From a virus (lineage: Duplodnaviria; Caudoviricetes), in the IMG/VR virus record IMGVR_UViG_2859564202_000001: a DNA stretch of 64,000 nt; one strand, 5' to 3'. This document shows, piece after piece, positions 1-10,686 of the stretch. A program made the translations under genes and the position numbers. The notes beneath the pieces are model-generated. The model ran no database searches. It saw nothing but the letters and a program-made list of their open reading frames with translations, and was not told where the DNA came from. Each line of letters starts with the position of its first letter. The stretch's first letter is position 1.

Positions 1-1843
1 ACCCACCACCGGGTTGGTCATAAAGTTGCCGACCCAAAGCTTCAGCTGCACGTTCATCGCTCATGCGTGCCAAAGAACGATCTGCCCGCAGTGCACGCAG
101 ACCCACAACCCTTTTACCGTAATCAGCAACCTCAGCCCATTGCTTCTCCCACTGACCGACAGGTGGGGCAAAGGTCAAAAAGTGCTGGTACTTGGATTGG
201 CACATCGCATGATACTGCTCCTCAGTGTCATAAAAACTCCACATTACCTGTGAGGTGGGATCAGCCAAACCTTGAGAGTTAGCGTCCTCCCACGAGCGTT
301 TTTTCACGGCAAAGGCTTCTCGTTGTTCTCGGTGATGATTCAAGCGTGCTGAATACGACCGCAAACGCAGCCCAAATTCCTCAATACTTGGCTCAGGCTC
401 TTCTTTCCCCACCTCTTGTGATCCACTACTACCCTGCTCGTCTAGATCCTTGCTCTTCTTCCGCGCAATACCATCGAGCAAATCCTCATAGTCTTGACGC
501 ATGACTGTCAACATGGCCGTAGAGACATCGCGTTGCTCATCGGAAATCGCGGATAGGACACTGTAGACACCGTTCATGGCCTGCTCAATGATCTTTTCGC
601 GGCCATTATCAATCAAACGCTGGGTGTCCTGCTTGCTTAAACCTTCTTTAACGCGGCGTTTTTGCGCATACTGATAGACCTGCGACAGTGCTGCCGGCAT
701 CGGTGAATCAGTCTCACCAAGTCGCGCCTCCACCAACTCGCGCACTAATCTATTCGGCTTATCCATTTCCTTGGCATTGGTCGATGCACGCCACAGTCGC
801 TTATCCTCTGGCAAACAAGCGACCACAAATTGCGCAGCACTTTCTTGGGTGAGCTGATGAAACGCCCAGCGCTTGACGTAGCTGGTGACATTGCGTTTTT
901 CATACCCCACTGCTGCTGACAAGTGCGCCATATGCTGATGCTGATCAAGCCAGGCGTCAATACCACGCCGCAAAATAGCCTTACCTGGCTTATTGATTTT
1001 GCCTTTTTGCGTACCATCAGCAGCCCGGTGTCCATAACCAGCATCCACCATGGTCAAGTGGGCGTGCACATGCTTCGTATCAACCTGAATCACGCCGACA
1101 TAGCGCAAATCATCATAATGACGCTGGGCTAGACGATCCACACCATGCATGACAGCCATGCGTAGCTTCATTTGGTCAACCTGGCCGCGATAATCACCAG
1201 CACGCTTAATATCGAGATCCTCTGGAATAAGGCCATGCGCGGTCAGGTAATCCTGGGTAAAAGATAGGACCACTTTCATCACGGTATGCCTATTTTCATA
1301 GAGCTCTTGGACGTTATTACTTGCTGCATGAAGATCATCATGTGACAGCGAGACATCGCCATACCCAAAGGCCACTCCCCCATTACCCTGAGCCCTCAGC
1401 ATGAGATCATGAACGCGCTGCCCATCCTGGGTAGTAAATTCCGCGAGTTCCCTCGGGTGCACAGGTTGTGATGGGTTGGTGGTGTCGGAGTCTGTATTCA
1501 CGCCCGCTCGCAATGCTGCTCGCCGGGCGCTGCGTTCTGCACGACGTTGTTTCAAGGTCGCGCGGCGACCTTGCCGGCCACGACGAGAGTTCATTTCAGG
1601 TTGCTGGTCATAGTCTGCGTTACTGTCCGTGGTGAGCTGCTCCACGGCACTATCACGTGCCATATACCGCATGATGAAATCATCTAATTTATTGCGCACA
1701 ATAGGTGCTACTGCTTCTACCGCATCGCTGCGTGCCATATAGCCAGAGATATATTTACCTGGCGATGATCCTCGTGAACCTTTGCCATTTGCCTGCTTAA
1801 TCGTATATTCATTGCGCACGATAATGGCTTGTTTCAAACTCAT
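1..1843 (-). CDS. mobL: MobL-family HUH relaxase (3' end runs off the window)
   Basis: Hand translation from ATG at 1843 (MSLKQAIIVRNEY...) stays open to position 2. Contains GYMAR/RYMAR Tyr motifs, AFGYGDVSLS, VVLSF and YVGVIQVDTKHVHAH (HUH/3H motif). Absent from the ORF track because there is no stop in the window. Confidence 0.85.
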   Translation of the reverse strand, partial: MSLKQAIIVRNEYTIKQANGKGSRGSSPGKYISGYMARSDAVEAVAPIVRNKLDDFIMRYMARDSAVEQLTTDSNADYDQQPEMNSRRGRQGRRATLKQRRAERSARRAALRAGVNTDSDTTNPSQPVHPRELAEFTTQDGQRVHDLMLRAQGNGGVAFGYGDVSLSHDDLHAASNNVQELYENRHTVMKVVLSFTQDYLTAHGLIPEDLDIKRAGDYRGQVDQMKLRMAVMHGVDRLAQRHYDDLRYVGVIQVDTKHVHAHLTMVDAGYGHRAADGTQKGKINKPGKAILRRGIDAWLDQHQHMAHLSAAVGYEKRNVTSYVKRWAFHQLTQESAAQFVVACLPEDKRLWRASTNAKEMDKPNRLVRELVEARLGETDSPMPAALSQVYQYAQKRRVKEGLSKQDTQRLIDNGREKIIEQAMNGVYSVLSAISDEQRDVSTAMLTVMRQDYEDLLDGIARKKSKDLDEQGSSGSQEVGKEEPEPSIEEFGLRLRSYSARLNHHREQREAFAVKKRSWEDANSQGLADPTSQVMWSFYDTEEQYHAMCQSKYQHFLTFAPPVGQWEKQWAEVADYGKRVVGLRALRADRSLARMSDERAAEALGRQLYDQPGGG

Positions 1844-1934
1844 TTTCCCACCGCTCTTTCTTTAACTACAACAACAGCGCCCCCACCAAAAAAACGGTAA
1901 CGACGCTGTTGCTTCTCTTGATGCCTCACCTTGG

Positions 1935-2537
1935 CTAAAGCACGACGTTGCGTGCCTCTTGCTCCACAAACCGGGATTCAACACCACGTCTAAACAGCAC
2001 TCGTTCGGTGTCCGTAATCTTCACCTGTGCATTACCGCGTGCATCGTCAACGCCTGCATCCGCCATCATTATGTGCGCATAGACATAGCTCCGGCTCACC
2101 TCGATAGATGCGACATAACGCATATCCTCAAAAAACGTTCCCTCAAGCCCCAAGAGCCCATTCATCACGGCTAAACGCAATTCCATGAGATCAATCTCTG
2201 GATGGGTGTCCGCATAAATATCCTGACCAAAATAGTTCGGATCAAAGCTCATGATTCCATGCTCACTGAGATAGCTCTTATCAAAAACGACAATCGCTGA
2301 GATAACCGTATGCCCGCACGCAAACAAATCCTGAATATCTTCTGCAGCAGTTGCTACATCGTCATTACTCAGCGACGCATCCCCATAACCGAAGCACGAG
2401 CCTCCGTCATCGGCTCTCAACCCTCGGGCTGCAATATTGCGCTGGATATGCTCATAGGGTGCTAGTTGCGTCTTGGTTGCGCCGCGACCTTTGACCAGGC
2501 GCTGTTCGATCATGACCATAGCGTCGTCAAGTTTCAC
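1935..2537 (-). CDS. MobL relaxase-domain paralog with degenerate metal-binding motif
   Basis: Aligns by eye to the adjacent relaxase (CFGYGDASLS, ELRLAVMNG, MRYVASIEV). HVHAH is replaced by YVYAH. Confidence 0.75.
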   Translation of the reverse strand: MKLDDAMVMIEQRLVKGRGATKTQLAPYEHIQRNIAARGLRADDGGSCFGYGDASLSNDDVATAAEDIQDLFACGHTVISAIVVFDKSYLSEHGIMSFDPNYFGQDIYADTHPEIDLMELRLAVMNGLLGLEGTFFEDMRYVASIEVSRSYVYAHIMMADAGVDDARGNAQVKITDTERVLFRRGVESRFVEQEARNVVL

Positions 2538-2625
2538 TGTATTTCTCCTGTTGCCTTATGTGTGTACAGCTATGAAAAAATCGGCGCCAACAGCACAAAC
2601 ATGCTTAAAGTAGCGCCGATCCTCG

Positions 2626-3879
2626 TTATAGATCTAGCCCGCGTTCTGCAATTTTCTCATCAAACTTGCGCCCCTCCGCAGGTGATGCGTCATAGCCATG
2701 CTTTTGCTCGCGAATATATGCCTCACGCACAGATTCTTGAGTCTGAATCTTCTGTGCAACACGTCGGCTGGCTTCTCGCTGCGCGGTCTTAGCCCGTGAC
2801 TCGCGATCAAAATCAAGCTCTGTCGCAGAAATCTCTGCAGCACTGACACTTGCTGGCGCCTCTACCTCGGCGGTATTGACAACATCATCTGCATCAAGAT
2901 CAATCACGTCATCGAATTCAAGCTCATCAAGATCATGAATAACATCGTTAATCTCTGCAGCACTGACAGTTGGTGCTGCATCAACCTCAGTCTCAATATC
3001 GCTATCCCGCTCAGCCTCCCGCTCCACCACAGGCTCCTGGGCGCGAATCTTCTCGTTGTAGAACTCGGTAACCTCGCGCTCCCACTCACTCATACCAGCG
3101 GTGTCATCAAGATCATGGGCGAGGAATTGCTCAGCATCAAAGCTCTCTTCCGCACCAACAAGCACGGGTTCAGTCTGGAAGGAAATGCCAGCAAGTTTCG
3201 CCATCAACTGTGCTGCGCTCAGCGCTCGCTCCTGCTCAAGGCGCTGTGCATGTGCACTGACACCGGTACGGGTGCGGTTAGCATCAGCGAAAATATCTTT
3301 GCCTTCAATCTCTGCACGAGAAATTGACTCAGAGAAATCCTTGTCCGCCTCGCCCGCTTCACGCTGGCTACGGTAGTCCTCAAACATGCTGGTGAGCTCA
3401 TAGCCAGAGGATTCTTGACTAAAATCCACACCATGAATCTCAGATAAGCCCACAAGCACAATCGGTGGCGCATCCTGCGACTCTGGTGCCACGACAGTGA
3501 CATCGGCATTCATGGGTAGTTCCCACGGCAGGCTCGTCATCATCTCGCGCGGTGGCTGGAAACCTTCTAGATACAGACCTTTATCAATGAGCTCTTTATG
3601 CTGCTGTGGACTGAATTTATAAAATCCACTAAAACGCTGTTGGTTTTCTGAATCAAACGTAATTTTTTGAATGTCGTACGGTAGCTGCGACAATGCAGTC
3701 ACGCTGTCGATGGCACCCTCAACGTGCAATACCGGCTCATGCTGCGTGCCAATAAACTCAACTTCAACAACATCTGGGGTAAACACCGCGTACACCGGTG
3801 CATCGAGCTGTACCTTTTCACCCTGTTCGGCAACCCGCTGCGCTGCGGGTGAATTGGTGTTAAAACCTGCAAGCTTCAT
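2626..3879 (-). CDS. Acidic hypothetical protein in transfer gene cluster
   Basis: 417 aa ORF with RBS-like GAAAGAAA upstream, co-oriented with neighbours. D/E-rich C-terminal half with a repeated VSAAEI motif. Confidence 0.75.
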   Translation of the reverse strand: MKLAGFNTNSPAAQRVAEQGEKVQLDAPVYAVFTPDVVEVEFIGTQHEPVLHVEGAIDSVTALSQLPYDIQKITFDSENQQRFSGFYKFSPQQHKELIDKGLYLEGFQPPREMMTSLPWELPMNADVTVVAPESQDAPPIVLVGLSEIHGVDFSQESSGYELTSMFEDYRSQREAGEADKDFSESISRAEIEGKDIFADANRTRTGVSAHAQRLEQERALSAAQLMAKLAGISFQTEPVLVGAEESFDAEQFLAHDLDDTAGMSEWEREVTEFYNEKIRAQEPVVEREAERDSDIETEVDAAPTVSAAEINDVIHDLDELEFDDVIDLDADDVVNTAEVEAPASVSAAEISATELDFDRESRAKTAQREASRRVAQKIQTQESVREAYIREQKHGYDASPAEGRKFDEKIAERGLDL

Positions 3880-3926
3880 ATCATTTCTCTTTTCTCTACG
3901 TATCGTGTGTCAGGCGTGGTAACTAG

Positions 3927-4625
3927 CTAGTTGCGAGCTGCTGCAACAGCGTCGTTGAGGGCGTCGTGTCGGTTCTTATCGTCTGACTCTTCTGGCTCAG
4001 ACTGTGCCTGTTGCGCCAGAGTCTCTTCAGCCTGTTGAGCCGAGTAAATGGCATCAAGTTTGCGCTGCTTTTTGGCTTCTTTAGCCTGCTGCTTAGTCAG
4101 CTTCTTTTCTGCTCGTGCGCGCTTCGCGTCGTCGCGAGAAATCTTTTCACGACCTGCGTATAACCCCTGTCGCAAAGTCATGGTGAAGCGCCACAATGCA
4201 CCAAAAATAAGATTGAGCACTTTCATGACCACCAGTGCCAGCACAATCATGAGAAACAGCACCGGGATGACCCAGCTAAAGAGGAACCCATCAGTAGTGG
4301 AGATAATCACACCAGCAGAAGCGCCGATGCTGGAAATAACCAGACTTGGCAGTACTGATACTCCCCACGTACCGATGATGGTGACCACAGTGCCAGCTGC
4401 AAGGATCGCTACCGGCCACACGGCGATGGCAAAAACCAGGAAAGCAAACCAACCACCAAGTGAACCAGTGAGCTTCCAGACCTTATCGACCCACGAAGGC
4501 CATCCACCGGTGCGTGCATTAATTGGTTCAACCGTGTTAACCGCTACCGCTTCTGCAATCTCAGCCTGTGCTGCATCATGAGCGTGCTGCAATTGACGCT
4601 GTTTCTTATTTTTCGCTCGTGCCAT
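3927..4625 (-). CDS. Integral membrane protein, probable conjugation-associated
   Basis: 232 aa with several hydrophobic segments and a basic coiled C-terminus. Confidence 0.7.
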   Translation of the reverse strand: MARAKNKKQRQLQHAHDAAQAEIAEAVAVNTVEPINARTGGWPSWVDKVWKLTGSLGGWFAFLVFAIAVWPVAILAAGTVVTIIGTWGVSVLPSLVISSIGASAGVIISTTDGFLFSWVIPVLFLMIVLALVVMKVLNLIFGALWRFTMTLRQGLYAGREKISRDDAKRARAEKKLTKQQAKEAKKQRKLDAIYSAQQAEETLAQQAQSEPEESDDKNRHDALNDAVAAARN

Positions 4626-4694
4626 AGTGCCTATCTCAATTCCTTTTTAATGCAAGTATGTTTGTCACTTTCTTTTTATAATATTAAAAGACAA

Positions 4695-4733
4695 AACCCC
4701 CAATAGCTAGTCACCAACTAACTATTGGGGGTT
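4695..4733 (-). terminator. Probable intrinsic terminator
   Basis: AACCCCCAATAG...CTATTGGGGGTT inverted repeat just after the stop at 4747, with a T-tract on the minus strand. Confidence 0.65.
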
Positions 4734-4746
4734 GCCCCAGAAACTT

Positions 4747-5463
4747 TTAGCCCGAGTATTTCACACCACCGGGGACAGTACGTGCTTCGAGGTTACGAAT
4801 TTTGCCGTCGATCACGTCATAGGCAAGGCGTGAGGTAGAGGTTGTTTCTGCCTCACCACCAGAGCGCTTCGACTTCATCGTCACCGTGGATACATAGCTG
4901 TACTCTGTACCATTAATGCGAGTAACCACGGATTCTAAGCTGCTAAAGCGGTTGGACAGATCTGCATCATAGGCATAGTGCACTTCGCCAGTTGGATCGG
5001 TGCGAGCAATGCCCGCCATTTCACCAGGCATAAACACCGACATAAACTGTGATTCTTCATCCAGGTCATAAACCCGCATCACTTGCTCGCGCACATCAAG
5101 GTAGTCGCGCACGCTGTCCCACGTCAGCGCCATGGACAAAAATTCTCGAACAACAGCATCATCTGCAGCCTTGTGTTCAATATCCATACCACCGGTAGCG
5201 TCACGCACCACCTGCTCAAGTTGGCCCTCAAGCTTACTGTTTAATGCATCACGTTCCTGTTGCAAGGCCATAATCTCACCAGTTTGACGCTTAAGTACAG
5301 CATGTCGATCCGCAGAGGTGCTGGTGGCAACAATAATGACCACCACTGCCAAGATCAACGCAATGATCATGACGATATTGCGAACAAAAAAGCGCTTGAC
5401 CTGATCGAACATCGGCTCGTCCTCAGTTACACCACTCTGGTTATCTACATTTCGTGTCGTCAT
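4747..5463 (-). CDS. Bitopic membrane protein, VirB8/TcpC-like (NTF2-like) candidate
   Basis: N-terminal TM, coiled coil, then 'VVREFLSMALTW' helix and beta-rich C-terminus. Start overlaps the upstream stop. Confidence 0.55.
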   Translation of the reverse strand: MTTRNVDNQSGVTEDEPMFDQVKRFFVRNIVMIIALILAVVVIIVATSTSADRHAVLKRQTGEIMALQQERDALNSKLEGQLEQVVRDATGGMDIEHKAADDAVVREFLSMALTWDSVRDYLDVREQVMRVYDLDEESQFMSVFMPGEMAGIARTDPTGEVHYAYDADLSNRFSSLESVVTRINGTEYSYVSTVTMKSKRSGGEAETTSTSRLAYDVIDGKIRNLEARTVPGGVKYSG

Positions 5464-6473
5464 TATCTGTTCTCCTGTTTGTTCAGCTGAGCGATCTCTA
5501 GTGCCCGCTGCAGCTCATCAACGAAAATAGCCTCGCCCTCAAGCCCCCCGCCTTCACTGCCAGCACGTGCAGCGCTCGCCTCTGCATTTGTGCCGTGGGC
5601 ACCAAATTCACTTGGTGAGGTGGTTGCACCAATACGCTGGTGTCCTTCATAGGTATGCGCCAACGCCAGCGAGCTAAACACGCCGGTGTTGATGTTGTAA
5701 TCGGCTGTCACCCACGCCAACAGCGCACCGTCACGCTCACCTCCGGTCAAGCGGGCCTCCCACATCACCACAACGTGCTCGGTATCTGACATCGACAGTG
5801 TAGGGGTCACAGTCCATCCCCAGGACTCAGCCCCCATCGGCGCCCAGGTGGGTCGGTTGTTATCTCCGACAACAACTTCTTGTGGCTGGTACCAACGACC
5901 CGCCGCAGGAAATTCACCTGTCGTACCAGCAGAGACCGTGAATTTCGGTTTCAGCTCATCAACAATTGTCTTGAACTGCTCGGTCGCGGCATCATCATCA
6001 ACACTGGTAATAATGCCGGCTAACTGATTCTGTAAGTCAGCCACATTCTGTGCACGTGAGGTTGCTGCGTCAAATTGACTAGCAAGAGTCTCTTTTTTGG
6101 GCATTGTCTCTGCAGTGTTTTTTAAGTCGTTGACTTCATTACGCAGAGTGACAATCTGCTCATTGTTTGCACTCACCTTGTCGTCAAAGCCGCCCGAGGT
6201 GGTACTGATCCACAACGTTGTACCAATAAATACGGCGCCAGCCAGTACTGTGACAGCGATACGACCCAAACCAAACAATGGCTTACGCTTACGTGCATCT
6301 TCTTGCGCTTTTGCTAAACGACGTTTACGGATTTGTTCTGCACGACGACGCAGATCATCACCGGTAATCTTCTCGAACGCCTGCTTTTCTTTGTCGCTGC
6401 GCACTTCCCCATTGACGACCCCATCGACAGAGATGGGCTTAAGGTCATCCGACCCGCCATTATTCTCAGCCAT
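5463..6473 (-). CDS. Bitopic membrane protein with coiled coil, probable T4SS subunit
   Basis: 336 aa with a single TM, coiled coil and beta-rich extracytoplasmic domain. Coupled to the next gene. Confidence 0.55.
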   Translation of the reverse strand: MAENNGGSDDLKPISVDGVVNGEVRSDKEKQAFEKITGDDLRRRAEQIRKRRLAKAQEDARKRKPLFGLGRIAVTVLAGAVFIGTTLWISTTSGGFDDKVSANNEQIVTLRNEVNDLKNTAETMPKKETLASQFDAATSRAQNVADLQNQLAGIITSVDDDAATEQFKTIVDELKPKFTVSAGTTGEFPAAGRWYQPQEVVVGDNNRPTWAPMGAESWGWTVTPTLSMSDTEHVVVMWEARLTGGERDGALLAWVTADYNINTGVFSSLALAHTYEGHQRIGATTSPSEFGAHGTNAEASAARAGSEGGGLEGEAIFVDELQRALEIAQLNKQENR

Positions 6474-6603
6474 ATTAAACCCCTTTTAAAGTTACTAAGT
6501 TATTGAAGTTTCTAGAATATAAGTTATTACACAAAAACGGGGTGCACAAGCGCCAACCAGCAGCTCGCACGCCCCGTCACACCAACCCAGCGATGAAAAA
6601 AAC

Positions 6604-8265
6604 TTATCCTGCAGGAGTAGTTCGAGTTGGGTTAGTCATTTCGCCAATTTCTTTACCAGCCGGAATCTGTACACCAGAGAACACTGAGTTTGTCTCAGCC
6701 TGGGTGTTGCGGAACACCTTGAAGTTCACGCCCCATCCATCCAGACTCAAGGTATCCAGACCAGGTGAGCGGTCATTCAACGATGCATGACCAATAGCTG
6801 CATTAGGCTCTGCATTACCAGGGCCCAACATGTCCACAACAACCTCATTGCTGACATACATCGCAACGTGATTCGGTGCACCAAGAAGCACATCGCCAGG
6901 TAACAAATCGTTCTCTGACATGGTGGCAAGATTGCCGATTTCCTCCCAACGGCCCGATCCTGTGCCCACAACGTATTCATACTGTGCTGCTGTTGGACCT
7001 GCTGGGAACGTATCATCCGTGCCCGACCAGCGAATAGCGGTAGCAACGCCACGGTCACAGGATGCGTAATACGGATCACCGGTGAGCACTTCATCATGGA
7101 TATAGCGGTAAATATCAGTACCGTCATTGCCACGAGAATCAGCCAGATAAGGATGTGAAATAGTCACCATTGCTTCTGCAGCGGACGTATTTCCACCTGA
7201 GGTGCGGTCCTCTTCAGGACAATCATTAAGAGCATCCTGCTCATCACGCGCCGTGGATTTTGCTGCTGCACCATCAGCCATAGCGATCACAGACTCACCC
7301 AAGGTTGAGTTCTTTTGCCAACCACCCATCTGCGCGTACCACTTAGATGCTTGCTCTGCACGAATGGGTGCATTACCTGCGACATCTGCCGGGCGCTCCC
7401 ACTCACGCAGGAAGTACTCGGACGCTGCGGTGGGGCTATTGCTACTGGAGTTTTTATTATCAACCATTTCCAGAAAAACCTTGCGATCGCTTTCATTATC
7501 GCCACTAATAGCAAATGCAAGCTGCACGTCGATGTAATGCCAGTCTCGGTTTCTATCGGCGGCAAAATCTAGCAACATCTGTGTGCGCCCTGCTGTCCAC
7601 TGCCCAAGCCCAATACCCATCGGCTGAGGTTCAAAGTTCTTATCCCACGCAGCTCTCTTCCGAGGACCGATGGTATTTGGTTCATCAAAAATACCCTCCA
7701 CCGCAGTCGGGTCGATACCTGATTCTGTCTCAAAGTTGCCCAAGACACCGGCGATATTTTGATCATTCATCCCAAGATACGACAGCGCACCGTACACCAA
7801 CTTCGCGTTCTCAGTCATATCACCTGCGTCAATGGTAAACGGGTTGGCCGTTACTGGCGGCTCACACAACTCGATAATGCCGTCTTTTCGACCTGCCGGC
7901 ACCACAATCATCGACACAATCAACGCAATAGTCGTCACCGACGACAACACCGAGCCTGTACCTGCCAGCATTGCGCCTACACGTGCAGTGATCATGCCAC
8001 CTGTGGCAGCAGAGATACCAGTACCGGCAGACAGGGCAAGCCCCATCATTCGTGTCCACAGGTTTTTAGCCAAATTACCCATAGAGCGAGCACCATTGGC
8101 TGCAAGTGCTGCAGTACCAAAACCTACACGTAGTGCGCCATAACCTAAGCCTTGTGCAGCTGAGCGGGTCTTATCTTTTGCTTCATCAACAAACCCCGAG
8201 CTTCCCGAGTCACCATTATCAGGTGCATCGGGGGCATCATTTGGTTCTATAAAATCATTAGCCAC
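6604..8265 (-). CDS. Peptidoglycan hydrolase: phage-tail-lysozyme domain plus C-terminal CHAP/NlpC-like amidase (VirB1/TcpG analog)
   Basis: IAGVLGNFETESG...GIGLGQWT...WERP lysozyme motifs, SCDRGV...PGDVL...NHVAMYV Cys/His amidase motifs, N-terminal TM. Confidence 0.85.
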   Translation of the reverse strand: MANDFIEPNDAPDAPDNGDSGSSGFVDEAKDKTRSAAQGLGYGALRVGFGTAALAANGARSMGNLAKNLWTRMMGLALSAGTGISAATGGMITARVGAMLAGTGSVLSSVTTIALIVSMIVVPAGRKDGIIELCEPPVTANPFTIDAGDMTENAKLVYGALSYLGMNDQNIAGVLGNFETESGIDPTAVEGIFDEPNTIGPRKRAAWDKNFEPQPMGIGLGQWTAGRTQMLLDFAADRNRDWHYIDVQLAFAISGDNESDRKVFLEMVDNKNSSSNSPTAASEYFLREWERPADVAGNAPIRAEQASKWYAQMGGWQKNSTLGESVIAMADGAAAKSTARDEQDALNDCPEEDRTSGGNTSAAEAMVTISHPYLADSRGNDGTDIYRYIHDEVLTGDPYYASCDRGVATAIRWSGTDDTFPAGPTAAQYEYVVGTGSGRWEEIGNLATMSENDLLPGDVLLGAPNHVAMYVSNEVVVDMLGPGNAEPNAAIGHASLNDRSPGLDTLSLDGWGVNFKVFRNTQAETNSVFSGVQIPAGKEIGEMTNPTRTTPAG

Positions 8266-8294
8266 AATGCACTCTCACAATCAATAAAAAAAAT

Positions 8295-9785
8295 CTAGAA
8301 ACGGAATTCAACAGCATCGGAACCTTGGGCAACCTGAGTATTTTCCACTGCCTGATCAAGCTGTGTTTCCGAGATCAACAGTTGTTGCAGGAGTTGGCGC
8401 TGGTAGCGCTGCTTTTCATTGAAATAGTCCTGGTACGCCTGTGCCAGATTGTTTTTTAAATCAATAAGTGGCTTGGCACCTTCACTGAGCACATGATCTT
8501 CTAGGCGATCACCGTTGCTTAAGACCCACTCCATTTGATTGGCATTCCATGTCGCTTTAGTTTGATACGCGTGATCTGTAATCCAGGTCATAGCATCTTG
8601 ATTCCCTGGGACAACATCCTTGAGGTAGCCATCAAGTGTGGTGCCTAAGCGCCAATCAAAGTCATAACCGCCACCAAAAATATGATCGGTGACCAGGCGG
8701 TATGAGTTGTATTGATAGCCCTCACTCATCAGATTATCCAGCGACGCAGCCATGAACGTCTTGTCCTCCCAACCTGGGACAGATTTCCCGGTGGGGTCCT
8801 CAGCGAGCTGCTTGGTAACATCGACACTTGCCAAACCTTCGATACGATCACCGCGAATTGACTCATGCGGAATAGGCTCAATCAGCGACACGCGCTCACC
8901 CATAATGGTCGCGCTCGTAACGCCGAGCGCCTCCTTGTAATTCTCGATGCGACCAAGCAGTGCGTTCATACGTGAAAGTGACGTATCTAGTGCCTGTCGG
9001 TGACCCACCTCCGTATCTGTCATAGAGGTCTGCCAATACAACGCACGGAGATCAATCTGTTCGTCATTTAATGCCGGCAACGTCGCCAAAGTCTCTGCCG
9101 CTGGATTGAGCATGATGCGCCACTGGTCGTGATCAATAAAGGAATCGTCATAGCCTTGAGCCTTCATATTCTCCGAGGTCAAGTTTGTACTATCGACTTC
9201 GACAAGCTCTTTCTTTGCACGCATTGTGATGTTGAGAACCTGCATATCAAAGCCCTCAGGGGCCTCAAGCATGAGCCCAATTCGACCATCACCAAAGCTA
9301 TAAATGGAACCCACAGTTGCTTGAGAGACATCTGCTGCTTTGGGGCTGGTGCCAAGGTCTTTCACACCGGTGACATAGGCAAAATAATCCTCAGCATTAG
9401 TGGACATATTGGCGGGAACAGCAAACTTAATAACAGCAAAAGCCCGTGTGCCCTCTACATTTTTCCAAAAGCCTGCGAGCTCGCTGACCTGGTTGGTTCG
9501 TGATGATCGAAACTCGGCGTTGTACGTGGCTGTTTGAGAAAAATCAATGTTGCCGGCCTGCACTGCGTAAACAATTGTGCTGCCAAAAAGCAAAGACCCT
9601 GATACCACTGCTGCACCCGAAATAAGTGCTACCCGCTCGATCGTGTAGTGCTGGCCTAAACGAAAGCGGCTGACAATACGATCGACTTTCTTCTGCATAC
9701 CCTCTTTATTTGATGATGACTTTTTCTGCTTTGCTTTTCTCTGCACAGTATTTGTCATAGCTCTACCCCATTTCTTTAATGACAA
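8295..9785 (-). CDS. Membrane-anchored hypothetical protein in transfer cluster
   Basis: ~490 aa with a basic N-terminus, one TM and a C-terminal coiled coil. Confidence 0.7.
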   Translation of the reverse strand: MSLKKWGRAMTNTVQRKAKQKKSSSNKEGMQKKVDRIVSRFRLGQHYTIERVALISGAAVVSGSLLFGSTIVYAVQAGNIDFSQTATYNAEFRSSRTNQVSELAGFWKNVEGTRAFAVIKFAVPANMSTNAEDYFAYVTGVKDLGTSPKAADVSQATVGSIYSFGDGRIGLMLEAPEGFDMQVLNITMRAKKELVEVDSTNLTSENMKAQGYDDSFIDHDQWRIMLNPAAETLATLPALNDEQIDLRALYWQTSMTDTEVGHRQALDTSLSRMNALLGRIENYKEALGVTSATIMGERVSLIEPIPHESIRGDRIEGLASVDVTKQLAEDPTGKSVPGWEDKTFMAASLDNLMSEGYQYNSYRLVTDHIFGGGYDFDWRLGTTLDGYLKDVVPGNQDAMTWITDHAYQTKATWNANQMEWVLSNGDRLEDHVLSEGAKPLIDLKNNLAQAYQDYFNEKQRYQRQLLQQLLISETQLDQAVENTQVAQGSDAVEFRF

Positions 9786-9880
9786 ACTTATTTTAACTAT
9801 TTAAAGACTAATTAAATTTAACACAATTAAATAAACAAACATACTGCATTATTTAACTCAACTAACGCCCCCAAAACATA

Positions 9881-9920
9881 CAAAAAGCACACCCTCAGAC
9901 ATCTGAGAATGTGCTTTTTG
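9881..9920 (-). terminator. Probable intrinsic terminator
   Basis: CAAAAAGCAC...GTGCTTTTTG inverted repeat after the stop at 9935. Confidence 0.6.
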
Positions 9921-9934
9921 TGCGGTGCTGAATC

Positions 9935-10294
9935 TTAGCCACCTGTACCGAAACCGGTAACCGTATCGCCTGCACCAGACGCAAAGTTCAGCGCAAGTGT
10001 GATACCACCAACTAGGAACGCACCACCGACAATGATGAGCAAAATAGTGGTGAACCACTGAATCTGCTGACCACTCTGACCACCGAAGAGCTTGCGCATC
10101 ACGTTGACAAAGCCCCAAATCACAGCAGCACCACCAACAAGTGCCAGCAGCGAACCACCAATAATCATGAGGTAGTCAGTCGAGTTTTCAAGGAACGACT
10201 GTAGATCCCAACTCTCACCCGTGGTGTACTGATCAGCACCATCCCAACCGGTGCCACCCTGTGCAACATAACTAACATTTCCAGGAATTGACAT
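9935..10294 (-). CDS. Small two-TM protein, VirB2/TrbC pilin-like
   Basis: Two Gly-rich hydrophobic helices separated by a short polar loop. Likely start MSIPGN at 10294. Confidence 0.5.
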   Translation of the reverse strand: MSIPGNVSYVAQGGTGWDGADQYTTGESWDLQSFLENSTDYLMIIGGSLLALVGGAAVIWGFVNVMRKLFGGQSGQQIQWFTTILLIIVGGAFLVGGITLALNFASGAGDTVTGFGTGG

Positions 10295-10452
10295 ATTCAC
10301 CCTACTTTCCACACTATTCCCATAAGTAATAAACAACTTTTGTTATCACCTAGTAACTTAGTCTGTTTTTTAGTGGGTTTCAATTCCTAAATACATTTAT
10401 TATTTGGTTAATTAATAAGGATTAATCACCCCAGAAGAGTATATTAAAGGCA

Positions 10453-10493
10453 TAAAGAATCCCCATACACTTTGCGTGTATGGGGATTCTTTA
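10453..10493. terminator. Perfect 18-bp inverted repeat, probable terminator
   Basis: TAAAGAATCCCCATACAC-TTTGC-GTGTATGGGGATTCTTTA. Confidence 0.7.
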
Positions 10494-10686
10494 CGTCATC
10501 AACTAATCAAATACTAATTATCCTGTGCTGGTGGAGTTGATGAAGACGAAGTTTACTGGTTATACAACACAGTATCTAGCTTAAATACTCAGGAAAAACT
10601 CTATGGACGTGCAGTGAAATGCTCCCATTTTGAGCTAAAAATCATATACATAGCAACAGGAAGCATTTCCACGAGAGATCGCAACG

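Noticed and set aside
14-1132. Short ORFs listed in the track
   Set aside because: They are shadow ORFs of the long relaxase frame.
6604-8265. Phage tail or lysis gene as evidence for a virion module
   Set aside because: No capsid, portal, terminase, tail or holin genes nearby. The context is membrane transfer-like genes.
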